DNA from: a virus
Taxonomy: Duplodnaviria; Caudoviricetes
Direction: 5' to 3' (one strand)
Length of the DNA stretch: 64,000 nucleotides
Virus record (IMG/VR): IMGVR_UViG_3300036976_000011
Location: 1-64,000 of that record
A program made the position numbers and the translations under genes. Below the pieces are notes generated by a model. That model was not told the DNA's origin and did no database searches. It saw only the letters and a program-made list of their open reading frames with translations. Below, piece after piece: positions 11,040 to 20,063 of the stretch. How positions within the stretch are numbered: the stretch's first letter is position 1; every line of letters begins with the position of its first letter.

Positions 11040-11905
11040 CGCAGCGGGTTCTGTCGGCGCACCTCATCAGACAACGCGCCAAACTGACCACGACGCTTGG
11101 CCCACATGACAAGCTCTTGTGCCATACCCTGACGAGTTTGCCTACGCAGGCTTTCATGGTCACACCCGATGTTGAAGCATAACGTCTTTATCTCACCTAG
11201 ATTGAACCCGGCGACAATCGCGTCGCGTAGGCGCGACGCTTCCGGCAAATCCTGGCACGGTTCAGGAATAGACGCCTTGAGTTTCAAGTAGCGAGCAATG
11301 TCTATCTCGCCCCTGTTGTATGCTCGCTCTAGCGCATCAAGAGTTAGACCGACGGGGGTAGAGGCTACGGGCGCAGGCATGGGCGCAGAGCATCGCACAG
11401 CTTCAGCCTGCGGGTACACAGTACCCATTGCGCGAAGATACACGCCGTCGTCTCGCCGCATATCTTTCACCACCTCGTCCAGTAACAGCCAAGGCGTGCC
11501 AGACAGCAATGCCTTGACATTGAGCCTGATGGACTTTTCTGACTCACGGATATCACCTGTGTGCCTGCCATAATGGATAGCCGCCACGAGCTTGTGCCCG
11601 TTTTCGCTCTCCCATAGCCGCTCCCACAGTCCCGGCGTCACCGGTCGTAGGTGAATCGGGTCGAGTCGCACCCTGGCGGCGAACGCCTGCGCAGCGGTCA
11701 CGGTCGGCTCGTCGCCCCATTCGTGCGGCGCGACTTGGTACAATCGCTCGTACTCGATGGCCGCCAATGTGGCGCTGATATTTACCTTGCCGCCAGGCGC
11801 GACAAATACTGTCCGATGGCTGAACGCACTGCGCAGGTCGGCAACGGCCATGCGGTCGCCTGAGACGGCTTTTTCCAACAGTGTCTTGATTCGTTCTGTG
11901 TTCAT
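11018..11905 (-). CDS. protein with C-terminal effector-associated domain (EAD7-like)
   Basis: LRDAIVAGFNLGEIKTLCFNIGCDHESL...AQELVMWAKRRGQFGALSDEVRRQNP. Confidence 0.7.
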   Translation of the reverse strand: MNTERIKTLLEKAVSGDRMAVADLRSAFSHRTVFVAPGGKVNISATLAAIEYERLYQVAPHEWGDEPTVTAAQAFAARVRLDPIHLRPVTPGLWERLWESENGHKLVAAIHYGRHTGDIRESEKSIRLNVKALLSGTPWLLLDEVVKDMRRDDGVYLRAMGTVYPQAEAVRCSAPMPAPVASTPVGLTLDALERAYNRGEIDIARYLKLKASIPEPCQDLPEASRLRDAIVAGFNLGEIKTLCFNIGCDHESLRRQTRQGMAQELVMWAKRRGQFGALSDEVRRQNPLRWREYME

Positions 11906-12261
11906 TTTTCACTCTCCTCTAAATAGTCTGGCTTTATCCAGGCCGGCAAATGATACGTGCCGTCTTCCTGACAAGCGTCTATCGCCTCTTGCACCCTCTC
12001 CCATGCACGCTCTGACAACTCGTGCTTGTGCCAATGATTCCAGCGACGATACCACTCCCAGTATTCCTTAGTTGGCCTCTCGTCAGAGTCAAGGGAGTTG
12101 ATCCCAAAGTCTGGCAGTCGCTTCACGGCCTCGTGCTGACTTGCGCGCATTTTTAGCAAGCTCTTGGACAAATCTGCGCTGACCTCAATTCGACCGTCGG
12201 CAAGCTCGTGCTCGAAAAACCAGATTTGTCCCCCCAGGGACTCAGTAAAGCATCGCCTCAT
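11902..12261 (-). CDS. hypothetical protein
   Basis: Trp-rich coupled ORF. Confidence 0.6.
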   Translation of the reverse strand: MRRCFTESLGGQIWFFEHELADGRIEVSADLSKSLLKMRASQHEAVKRLPDFGINSLDSDERPTKEYWEWYRRWNHWHKHELSERAWERVQEAIDACQEDGTYHLPAWIKPDYLEESEK

Positions 12262-12279
12262 TCATCTTTTGAATTTCGT

Positions 12280-12570
12280 TCATCTCCCACCTACAATTAT
12301 GTCACCCTTGACACTGCCACCAATAGCCACGCCCCCGCTTTTGGCGACAACTGCAATACCGCCGCCGCTTGCCTGCGCAATATTGGACCCGATGGCAATC
12401 TGAGCACCGCCAACGCGTGGGTGCTCAGTGCCAGCGGCAAACTCACTCTTGCAATACTGACATACAAAATCGCAACCGGAACGAATGATGACAGTAGACT
12501 CAGTCACGGCGACAAGACTCTTGTCGCGCTCCAAAGTCCCCCCGCAGTTTTCACACTTCAATTTAACCAT
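12280..12570 (-). CDS. zinc-ribbon protein with Gly/Ile/Val-rich repeat tail
   Basis: CENCGG..CQYC, then IAIGSNIAQASGGGIAVVAKSGGVAIGGSVKGDIIVGG. Confidence 0.65.
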   Translation of the reverse strand: MVKLKCENCGGTLERDKSLVAVTESTVIIRSGCDFVCQYCKSEFAAGTEHPRVGGAQIAIGSNIAQASGGGIAVVAKSGGVAIGGSVKGDIIVGGR

Positions 12571-12638
12571 TTGATTCTCCTCGTGGCGGCAGTTAATCTG
12601 CCGCCACTCGATCTTACATAAAGGGCAGGGACCACTTG

Positions 12639-13010
12639 CTACAACTTGTCAATCAGGGCCTGCAACTCATCAACGTCTTTTTCCAGCAGCTCCGCATCCT
12701 GCTTTTGCGCCAAGACGCCCAGGAGCTTTTGCTTGTGTGCGGCGTTGACCGCTTCCTTCTCACGCTCCATAGCCTCGGCCAGCTTGACCTTGACAATGTG
12801 CTTGACGATGGCGACCTGTAAGTCAAGCACCTCGTCCTCATCACTCGCAGTGTCAAGCAAGCTTTCTTCCTCTCGCGCCCTGACTTGACGATTCAGGGCT
12901 TTGTAGATAGCGTCTAGCTCCTCGACCGTCAAGAGCCATAGGTCCTCAACGTCCAATGGACCACGAGTTGACTGCCAGCGCAGTCTCATGCGTACAGCTT
13001 TTTGAAACAT
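12639..13010 (-). CDS. conserved phage protein
   Basis: MFQKA.R.RLRWQSTRG.L.VEDLW.L pattern, recognised from phages and paired with the large upstream gene. Confidence 0.75.
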   Translation of the reverse strand: MFQKAVRMRLRWQSTRGPLDVEDLWLLTVEELDAIYKALNRQVRAREEESLLDTASDEDEVLDLQVAIVKHIVKVKLAEAMEREKEAVNAAHKQKLLGVLAQKQDAELLEKDVDELQALIDKL

Positions 13011-13022
13011 TTTTCACTCTCC

Positions 13023-15065
13023 TTAAAAGATTACTTTGACAGGCCTACCGTCAACTTTAACGACCAGCGAATTTCGCCTGGTCGAACTAAACCCCAAGCC
13101 TGATAATTGATCTTCTGACCGTTCCACGTGCATCTTTGACCCTAGCGCCTCAAAAACGCGCCGATGCTCTCTGAAATCCTCGCGCAGGTACTCGTTGTAA
13201 AATCCATTGGGTCGTCCTGGATTTTGACAACCAACAAGGAAGAAAAAGTAATGCCGATTGCCGATCCCGTGCTGTTCATCCCAATAGTTGGGGGAGTATG
13301 TGATGGTTGACACGGGCTGAAACTGGTTGGTCTGCAAGTTCCAAATTTCGCGCGTGCTGGTGGTTGACGGTAGAGATTCCGTGATCTTGAATCCGTCCAG
13401 ACGGCTGTAATGCACGCGGGCGACGGTTACATTTTCATCCTGCATAAGCTCTTTATCATACACGTACTCATAAATCTGCCCGCTAAACTCAATTTCAGCA
13501 CTAAAGCCAGTCCTGCCGCCGTTGTGCGAATAATTTCGCACATAGAAATGGTACTCACCTTCTGGCATTCGACGCGGGTCTGACCAGGTGATATTTTCGA
13601 CTGCGACCCTGCGTCCAGGATTGATGATATCCACGTCCAGCACGCCACTTGAGCGGTGAATCTGGCGCTTATTTGGGTAGTAAATGTGGTTGCCGCCAGG
13701 CTCAATGCAGTGGGCGTCAAAGTCGTTCTGATTGTTGTCGCCATCGTTCCACTGTAGAGAAAAGCGCAGCACTCCCTCGACATTGCCGCCTGCCGCTTTG
13801 ACACGCTCACGCATCGAGTCCGCGATGTTGCCATTGTAGGTCCAGGAGAAAGCATTGTCCCATTTGAACAACGTGGGGCTATCTGCCACCTTTGGCGCGA
13901 TAAGTGACATTAGGTTGGTCTGGTGACGGTTCTCCACCAGAGCTTCTATACTAGACGTGTTTGGCAAAACAGTCTCGACAAACTCTGACACATCCACACC
14001 GGGCAATCGGTCAAATTGGCGCGGGTTTAAAGCTACCTCTTTGGCAAGCAACTCAAACACATTTCCCACGTCACTACCCCCGCGCATGTGCCTCGCAGCG
14101 TCACGATTGGCCCATAGTACGTTATTGACCCTGATATCATCCAGCTTGGCATGACGGCGGCCCAATGAACTAAGCAGCCCCAGGCGCTCGACGGTCTCTT
14201 GCGCTTGCTCTACCATTCTCTTGGTATAAATAGCCTTAGGGCGCTGATAGTTGGCTGGCGCGACGATCTTCTCAAATCGCTTGACTGCCTTGACCACGTC
14301 CATGCCGTCAGTGATGTCCTGAAGCAAGACGCCGATAGAATGATTGCGGATGCGCGAGATTGAGCCACCAACCTTGACAGATTTGGACCACAAAAACCCG
14401 TCGTGCTGGTCGCTTGGCAGCATGTGATATTCGTTGTGTAGCGCAAGAAACTTTTGCAATACCGCCCTCCACTCCTCGCCGCGATAGAGGCTTTTTTCTG
14501 CTATCAAGTCTAGCACGGTCTCCACGGCCTCTTTAGAAATCTCCTCAAGCGACCGTTGAAAAACGTCACGCGATGCTCGCAGCTCGCCGCGCAACTCCGC
14601 CTCTGACTTGTGTGACCTAGTGACGAGGCGACGCGGCAACTCTAGGCGAAAGTGATGCCAGGTATGGATCTGGCCGTCGTCAAGCTGCTCAAAATTATGG
14701 TCGGTTCCGAACGCGCCTTGCTTGGTGATAAAGGCGTCCTTGATTGAAGCGGACGCAACAAAGGCATTCAAGGCATTTAGAACGGCCTGAAACTTTCCAT
14801 CGTAGACGACAAAGCCCCAAATGCTAACTGGCTTGTTGTCCACCAGAGTGATGACGTTGCCAAATTGTTTGATGAACTGACGACAGCACGAGCAATCGAA
14901 CTCGCGCCGCTCTCGAAATACCTCATTCGTCCCCGGCGGGAAGCTGTCGAGGTAGAGGTTCCACAACTCATCTTTGTCCACATCGGTCACATATAACTGA
15001 CACACATCCGTCAGCATGTCCGCAACGTGGCGCTGAAATACCTGTCTGAACTCTTTGAATTGCAT
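13023..15065 (-). CDS. large conserved phage protein with YfaP/DUF2135-like module
   Basis: CSCCRQFI; LRFSLQW..DFDAHCIEP..LDVDI..AVENITW. Confidence 0.75.
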   Translation of the reverse strand: MQFKEFRQVFQRHVADMLTDVCQLYVTDVDKDELWNLYLDSFPPGTNEVFRERREFDCSCCRQFIKQFGNVITLVDNKPVSIWGFVVYDGKFQAVLNALNAFVASASIKDAFITKQGAFGTDHNFEQLDDGQIHTWHHFRLELPRRLVTRSHKSEAELRGELRASRDVFQRSLEEISKEAVETVLDLIAEKSLYRGEEWRAVLQKFLALHNEYHMLPSDQHDGFLWSKSVKVGGSISRIRNHSIGVLLQDITDGMDVVKAVKRFEKIVAPANYQRPKAIYTKRMVEQAQETVERLGLLSSLGRRHAKLDDIRVNNVLWANRDAARHMRGGSDVGNVFELLAKEVALNPRQFDRLPGVDVSEFVETVLPNTSSIEALVENRHQTNLMSLIAPKVADSPTLFKWDNAFSWTYNGNIADSMRERVKAAGGNVEGVLRFSLQWNDGDNNQNDFDAHCIEPGGNHIYYPNKRQIHRSSGVLDVDIINPGRRVAVENITWSDPRRMPEGEYHFYVRNYSHNGGRTGFSAEIEFSGQIYEYVYDKELMQDENVTVARVHYSRLDGFKITESLPSTTSTREIWNLQTNQFQPVSTITYSPNYWDEQHGIGNRHYFFFLVGCQNPGRPNGFYNEYLREDFREHRRVFEALGSKMHVERSEDQLSGLGFSSTRRNSLVVKVDGRPVKVIF

Positions 15066-15081
15066 TTTTCGATCTCCTTTA

Positions 15082-15396
15082 CTAATTCACATCCTGACCA
15101 AGCAACGGCGGCGGCGCTTCCACTTCTGGAAACCGACCGTGCTCATCCTGGAAAGCCTGCGTGCGCTCCGCATCAATCCACGTACTCTGCATGCGGGTGC
15201 GCCCAGTGCCGTCGTACCAATAGCCAAGTAATGCTATTCCCATCGTATCATAGAACATTCCAGAGCCTTCTTCTACAATGAGGGCGCGCTGCTCAGGCGA
15301 TAGGCACGGCTTCAGACATGTGGTCCTGATAACGACCACCTCGCCCTTCTCAATCGTGCGACCCAATGAGTTAGCCATTTGACTTTCTCCTTTCAA
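15082..15396 (-). CDS. hypothetical protein
   Basis: AAAGGAG RBS before MANS. Confidence 0.6.
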   Translation of the reverse strand: MKGESQMANSLGRTIEKGEVVVIRTTCLKPCLSPEQRALIVEEGSGMFYDTMGIALLGYWYDGTGRTRMQSTWIDAERTQAFQDEHGRFPEVEAPPPLLGQDVN

Positions 15397-15824
15397 ATCG
15401 GATAATACCGCTCAGGATTCGGGCTTTCGCCCCACCCGAATTGTTGATAATACCCCGGGCACTTGCTCAATAGCAATGCCCGGTAACGACTGTGTACCGC
15501 CCACGTCCCCACCCACGGCGGCCACACGACTGGCTCACCGCTACGCTGCGTCAAGAGCCATTCGCCGCTGGCGTGGTCACGTTTTCCGCCACGCTCCTTA
15601 TTGTCAAAGCGGCGCTTCCACTCAGCGTAGAACGCCAGACCGTACTCGACCAGGGCGGCGCGATAGCCGCGCCACATATCCACGACGGCGTGACGCCTGC
15701 TGTTTGGGTTGTCTAGCGCCCGCACGGCCCTGGCGCCCTCACGCACCTGGTTGCCGCACCGCTTGTTGTCCACGACACGGGCGCTGGCGCGCGGATCAGG
15801 AAGGGGAAAGAAAGTTTGGGTCAT
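15393..15824 (-). CDS. pyrimidine-dimer DNA glycosylase-like protein (DenV/MSMEG_6728 family)
   Basis: MTQTFFP...DNKRCGNQVRE...HAVVDMWRGY..AL..Y...HSRYRALLL.K...YY. Confidence 0.8.
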   Translation of the reverse strand: MTQTFFPLPDPRASARVVDNKRCGNQVREGARAVRALDNPNSRRHAVVDMWRGYRAALVEYGLAFYAEWKRRFDNKERGGKRDHASGEWLLTQRSGEPVVWPPWVGTWAVHSRYRALLLSKCPGYYQQFGWGESPNPERYYPI

Positions 15825-15829
15825 AATTT

Positions 15830-16156
15830 TTAATAATGCGCCAACGGGTCACGACGATACGGCACATCCTCAACCAATCGCGTCGCCTCAAGATGCGTCA
15901 CCTGGGCCTCTAGCGCCTCAATCTGGCGCTGTTGTGCCTTGACCATCTGCAATAGCTCAAACTCTGCCCAGGTCACGCGCACAAGCCGACCATCCGGTCC
16001 AGCAGCGATGTCTCCACCGTCCGGGTCGTAAAGTTCTTCAATGCGCTCCACTGCGTAATGGTTGAATTTTTCTGACATTTCACCTCTCCAACGAGCAGTT
16101 TCCGTCTTGCTCAGGACGATTGCTAGATCAAGTCCAGCAAAATCAACGCTGCCCAA
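15830..16156 (-). CDS. hypothetical protein
   Basis: Coupled ORF. Confidence 0.5.
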   Translation of the reverse strand: MGSVDFAGLDLAIVLSKTETARWRGEMSEKFNHYAVERIEELYDPDGGDIAAGPDGRLVRVTWAEFELLQMVKAQQRQIEALEAQVTHLEATRLVEDVPYRRDPLAHY

Positions 16157-16557
16157 GCCTTGTTGTCATTATAGCGATGTTCGTGCAGCAATTCTGGGCT
16201 TGCTGCCAGATAGTCTTCTTTGATCCATTCTGGCTCTCGCCAGAAGACTATCTCGGCCTGCTCCTTCAGGTCTTCAGGCAATAAGTCATACCGCCAGGTG
16301 GACTCAAAATCTAGCCGCTTGGAATACACGACGAATCCATGAACTTGCCGGAATCCCTCTGCACGCGCTGGCGACCACGCTTCCCGTTCCACCCACCCGT
16401 CTGGCTCAGTGCCGATACAGGGCGGGCGTGATAGATAGAAATATTTGCACGATCCCTCAGCCGCATGTGCAAATTGCTTTTCTGAATCGTCTTTACCTTT
16501 TCTGACTTGTGCTTCTAGCATTTTACTCCTCACTCTCCGGCCAGTAAACCATTTCAA
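16123..16557 (-). CDS. hypothetical protein
   Basis: Coupled ORF; YYLSRPP..GT.P pattern. Confidence 0.55.
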   Translation of the reverse strand: MKWFTGRRVRSKMLEAQVRKGKDDSEKQFAHAAEGSCKYFYLSRPPCIGTEPDGWVEREAWSPARAEGFRQVHGFVVYSKRLDFESTWRYDLLPEDLKEQAEIVFWREPEWIKEDYLAASPELLHEHRYNDNKAWAALILLDLI

Positions 16558-17062
16558 CCTTGTGCGAGTAGGGTAGCGTCACCACCACCCACCCGCAAAC
16601 CCTGGCAATTTCTACCGCCTGATGAAACTTATAGCAAGCTATCCCGTTTGGGTTTCCGGGTAGCGCCCGCGAGCGTCGCTCAGTGGCGTCCACCAGGAGC
16701 AAGAGCGACATCCACTTTTTGCAGACCGCCAGGCGCTCTGACAAGTCCAGCCCAGTCAATTCCTGGCGAAAGGCTTTGTATTCAGCATCCCCCAGGAGAA
16801 TGTCCAGGTCGTTGACAAGCTGGGAAACCCTCGCGCCAGGGCCACGGCTAGCTTCAGCGTGCGCGTCCATCGCAGCGGCTTCGGTCTGGTGGCGGTTGGC
16901 GATTTTCTGTTGCCTGTAGGTGATTGGTCTGGTCATTGGGTTGCTCCCTCTTACTCTGTCGCTATTGCCACAATGCGGTCTTTGCGAAATCTGATTTCTG
17001 TCTGCTCTTTTTCGCCTTTCCGCATTGGCGCATCGTACTCTGTAAGTACCGTGATAAAGCAA
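16523..17062 (-). CDS. hypothetical protein (true start probably MTRP near 16936)
   Basis: GGAG RBS before the internal ATG. Confidence 0.55.
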   Translation of the reverse strand: MLYHGTYRVRCANAERRKRADRNQISQRPHCGNSDRVRGSNPMTRPITYRQQKIANRHQTEAAAMDAHAEASRGPGARVSQLVNDLDILLGDAEYKAFRQELTGLDLSERLAVCKKWMSLLLLVDATERRSRALPGNPNGIACYKFHQAVEIARVCGWVVVTLPYSHKVEMVYWPESEE

Positions 17063-17253
17063 GCTGTTTCTTTCACGATCTCAAGGACCGGGGAAACTGC
17101 TCCACGGTTCCAAACCATCGTATCGCCTACCTCTAGTTCTTCTGCTGGCTTTCCGACCGTGTGACCGATTCGGGCCAGAAAGACAGTGTCGTTATCTTTC
17201 TCTGACTTGACGGTAATTTGCTTTTCTATGAGTGTGACTGTTGCTTGCTTCAC
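16951..17253 (-). CDS. hypothetical protein, first gene of the leftward operon
   Basis: AGGAG RBS, GTG start. Confidence 0.65.
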   Translation of the reverse strand: MKQATVTLIEKQITVKSEKDNDTVFLARIGHTVGKPAEELEVGDTMVWNRGAVSPVLEIVKETACFITVLTEYDAPMRKGEKEQTEIRFRKDRIVAIATE

Positions 17254-17288
17254 TTCTATCTCCTGTTTGTTTCTCTTTGACTAGAGAT

Positions 17289-17383
17289 AGTTTACCACAA
17301 AATTGCACCTAGCTATAGTGATGAATGTCATATATATCACATGACATTCATCACTGCACAGGCTAGCCCTAGAATGTTATACT
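17289..17383. promoter_or_regulatory. divergent promoter pair with inverted ATGACATTCATCAC operators
   Basis: Perfect 14-bp inverted repeat at 17318-17331 and 17341-17354. Each copy is followed by 6+17 nt and an extended -10 (TGnTATACT rightward, TGnTAAACT leftward). Confidence 0.75.
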
Positions 17384-17400
17384 AAGAATAGGAGGGACTT

Positions 17401-17988
17401 ATGCTAAGAAATAAATACACATATATCATTAGGCACGGTAACTCAGATTACTACAAAGTGGGCAAGGCGTCTAATATGGAAAACAGGATAGTGGCATTGC
17501 AAAACGCTACTCCCATAGAACTTGTCCCTATCGCGGCCATAGAGCTATTGAATAGCAAAGATGCAATAGTCGAAAACAAACTACACAGTTTTCTGTATAG
17601 TAAACGAGTGCGAGGAGAGTGGTTTGAGCTTCCAGAACTCAATCACAGACCATTGCACACAATTGGTTCCTGGTTACTAGAGCTTGGATTTACCGTAATG
17701 AAAGCCAAGAAAAAGGGTGGCTATTATAGAATTTCAGTAGAAGAAAAGAGAAACACGCGATCTGAACGTTCATCGCAAGAAATAGAAGCAAGCATAATTC
17801 TATTACTAGAGTCCAGACAAGTCAAAGGGCTCGGTGGCATGAGAATCGTTGACATGCTTAGAATGCTACCTCACTATTATCGCTTCGACTTAGAGAGCGG
17901 CATTAAAAGTCTGACTCGCCAGGGCTTTGTATATAGCACCAAAGGGCGTGGCGAAGGCAAACGTTTTTGGCTTAAAGACAAGAGGTAG
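17401..17988 (+). CDS. T5orf172/GIY-YIG-like domain protein with C-terminal winged helix
   Basis: YTYII...YYKVGKA...RI..LQ.A.P..L...E..LH.F...RVRGEWFEL. Confidence 0.8.
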   Translation: MLRNKYTYIIRHGNSDYYKVGKASNMENRIVALQNATPIELVPIAAIELLNSKDAIVENKLHSFLYSKRVRGEWFELPELNHRPLHTIGSWLLELGFTVMKAKKKGGYYRISVEEKRNTRSERSSQEIEASIILLLESRQVKGLGGMRIVDMLRMLPHYYRFDLESGIKSLTRQGFVYSTKGRGEGKRFWLKDKR

Positions 17989-17990
17989 AG

Positions 17991-18209
17991 ATGAGCACCA
18001 AACAAAAAATACTAGATTTTATTAAGAAAAGCGAAGGCGGCGCGACCTATTCAGATATGCACTCGCTTGGCTTTTGTCGCGCCACTCTACGCCGATGGGT
18101 TATCGAGCTTGAAAATGAGGGGGCAGTAAAAAGAGAACGTGAGCATCCGCGTGCCAGGGCGGTGTTTAGCGTCATAGAACAAGACTGCGATATGACATTT
18201 GTCACATAG
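17991..18209 (+). CDS. winged helix-turn-helix regulator
   Basis: KQKILDFIK...ATYSDM..GFCRATLRRWVIELENEGAV; flanked by operator repeats. Confidence 0.75.
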   Translation: MSTKQKILDFIKKSEGGATYSDMHSLGFCRATLRRWVIELENEGAVKREREHPRARAVFSVIEQDCDMTFVT

Positions 18210-18257
18210 TATATATGACATTTGTCACTATACACGCCCGTCGCTTTCTGGTATCAT
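18192..18257 (+). promoter_or_regulatory. tandem ATGACATTTGTCAC operators plus promoter
   Basis: Copies at 18192-18205 and 18215-18228, then TATACA-17-TATCAT with TG extension. Confidence 0.7.
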
Positions 18258-18401
18258 ATAGACAGTTAGAGAGACACACCAGCACCTAAACAACCACAAA
18301 CGACACGCCCGCCAGGCAGGGGAAGAAACGGAGACCAGGGTCTCACCTCAGAAATGAGCGCCAGAAATGGGGAAGAGCCGGACGGCCAGAGGCGGTAACA
18401 A

Positions 18402-18679
18402 GCTCAGAGATTCTGAGGGAGACGAGAGCCAATACTAATTAAAAGGAGAAAAACATGAACAACTTGGAATGGTTCACGGGAAACGAGATGAGCGCCGCGG
18501 AGGTCGCGGCTATGACGCTAGACGAAATCAAAGTCGGTATTGCAAATATCGGCGTGACCGAAGATACAGACGTTGACACCCTCGCCAGGGAGATCAAGGC
18601 CCTGGCAGAGGCAGAACTAGACTAACACCGGCAGACCACCGGGAACACTCCGCTCTCGTCTCCCTCAGAGTTTCTGAGC
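18402..18679. repeat. 28-bp inverted repeat pair bracketing ORF 18455..18625
   Basis: 18402-18429 is complementary to 18652-18679 with 2 G-U-type differences. Confidence 0.85.
18455..18625 (+). CDS. 56-aa acidic protein
   Basis: AAAAGGAG RBS; MNNLEWFTGNEMSAAEVAAM... Confidence 0.65.
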   Translation: MNNLEWFTGNEMSAAEVAAMTLDEIKVGIANIGVTEDTDVDTLAREIKALAEAELD

Positions 18680-18681
18680 AA

Positions 18682-19889
18682 CTTGGAAATTTTGAGCGGG
18701 GGATAAAACAAAAGGAGCAAGCAAATGAAAACCTACACCATCCCAGTTGAGAACTTTGACAGATTCGAGAGAAAAATAAACCGATTGGCAAACAAAGCCA
18801 AGAAACTAGGAACTGAGACCATCGCCTACCGCAAGTTACGCGAGCGCGATGACGAGTACAAGCCCGGTCAGTTCATTCGTGTCATTGACGTACAGGTCGC
18901 CGGGGTTGCACCAATCATAAACGGCTGGCAGTTCGCGGCAAAGATTGAGCCGGCGGGCGACGGCAACCTGGTTTACCACTTTGGCGAGAACGGCTACTTG
19001 CCAAAAAAGTACCGCACGGTCGAGATGGACTGCGATCACTGCAAGCAGAACAGGGCGCGCAAGTCAGTCTACGTAGTTGAGCACGTCAAAAGCGGTACTT
19101 TTAGGCAAGTTGGCTCAACCTGCCTAAAAGATTTCACCGGCCACCCCGCACCGCAGGACGTGGCAAGCGCCGCCGAGTGCATTCTGGAACTGGACGACTT
19201 GCAAAAGGAGTTCGAGTACGACCCAATGGGCGAGAGCGAGCCAGAATATCTCAAGATTGAACAATACTTGGCCTGGGTAGTCAAGAGCATCAAAGAGAGC
19301 GGCTGGCACAGTCGCTCAAACGGCGATAGGCCAACGGCTGACGACGCGGCCATCCTCTGGACGACAGCGCACCTGACTGGCAAGAAGTTGTCTCAGGACG
19401 AGCGAGACGAAGCAAAGTCCGCGCTGGTCTGGGTGCGCGAAAACTGGACGACAAACCTCAACGATTATCAGTGGAATGTTGTGCAGGCAACCAAGCATGA
19501 CACGATAAAAGTCAGGCACATTGGACTAGTCGCCAGCTTGATACCAGCCTATCGCCGCGAGGTGGAGCAGCGGCGAATAGCTGACGCCAATCCTAGCGAA
19601 TGGCAAGGCCAAGTAAAAAAGCGTCAGACTTGGACAGACCTGGAACTAGTCTCAATTATCACATTCGACGGCTACTATGGCCCTAGCCATTTGCACAAGT
19701 TCATTGACAGCGACGGCAACGTTTTTGTCTGGACAACGAGCAAGCGGCTGGAAAAAGGCCAGAGCTATAGCGGCAAGGCCACGGTCAAGAAACACGACGA
19801 ATATCGTGGTGTCAAGCAGACGGTCTTGACACGGGCGGCATTCAAATAAACAGCACGGGAGAGTTTCTCTCCCGCTCAAAGTTTCCAAG
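18682..19889. repeat. 22-bp inverted repeat pair bracketing ORF 18725..19849
   Basis: CTTGGAAATTTTGAGCGGGGGA (18682) pairs with TCTCCCGCTCAAAGTTTCCAAG (about 19868-19889). Confidence 0.8.
18725..19849 (+). CDS. conserved phage protein with zinc finger and C-terminal OB fold
   Basis: CDHC..NRARK..Y..QVGSTCLKDF; FIDSDGNVFVW...ATVKKHDEYRGVKQTVLTR. Confidence 0.8.
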   Translation: MKTYTIPVENFDRFERKINRLANKAKKLGTETIAYRKLRERDDEYKPGQFIRVIDVQVAGVAPIINGWQFAAKIEPAGDGNLVYHFGENGYLPKKYRTVEMDCDHCKQNRARKSVYVVEHVKSGTFRQVGSTCLKDFTGHPAPQDVASAAECILELDDLQKEFEYDPMGESEPEYLKIEQYLAWVVKSIKESGWHSRSNGDRPTADDAAILWTTAHLTGKKLSQDERDEAKSALVWVRENWTTNLNDYQWNVVQATKHDTIKVRHIGLVASLIPAYRREVEQRRIADANPSEWQGQVKKRQTWTDLELVSIITFDGYYGPSHLHKFIDSDGNVFVWTTSKRLEKGQSYSGKATVKKHDEYRGVKQTVLTRAAFK

Positions 19890-19898
19890 TATTCTCTA

Positions 19899-20009
19899 AA
19901 CGGTCAAGCCAGCGGTAACGAGCACGCGAACGCGGTAATTGAGGCTGGCAGTCAATGACGGCGTGCTGACCGTTACGATTTGATAGGGGCTGCGCATCTT
20001 ACACGCAGA
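19899..20009 (+). ncRNA. 111-bp repeated structured leader, copy 1
   Basis: Identical to 20528-20638; predicted nested pseudoknot. Confidence 0.6.
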
Positions 20010-20063
20010 CCGTGAGCGCCAGCACGGCAAGACTGGCGCAGATTAAGAAAAGGAGAAAATCAA

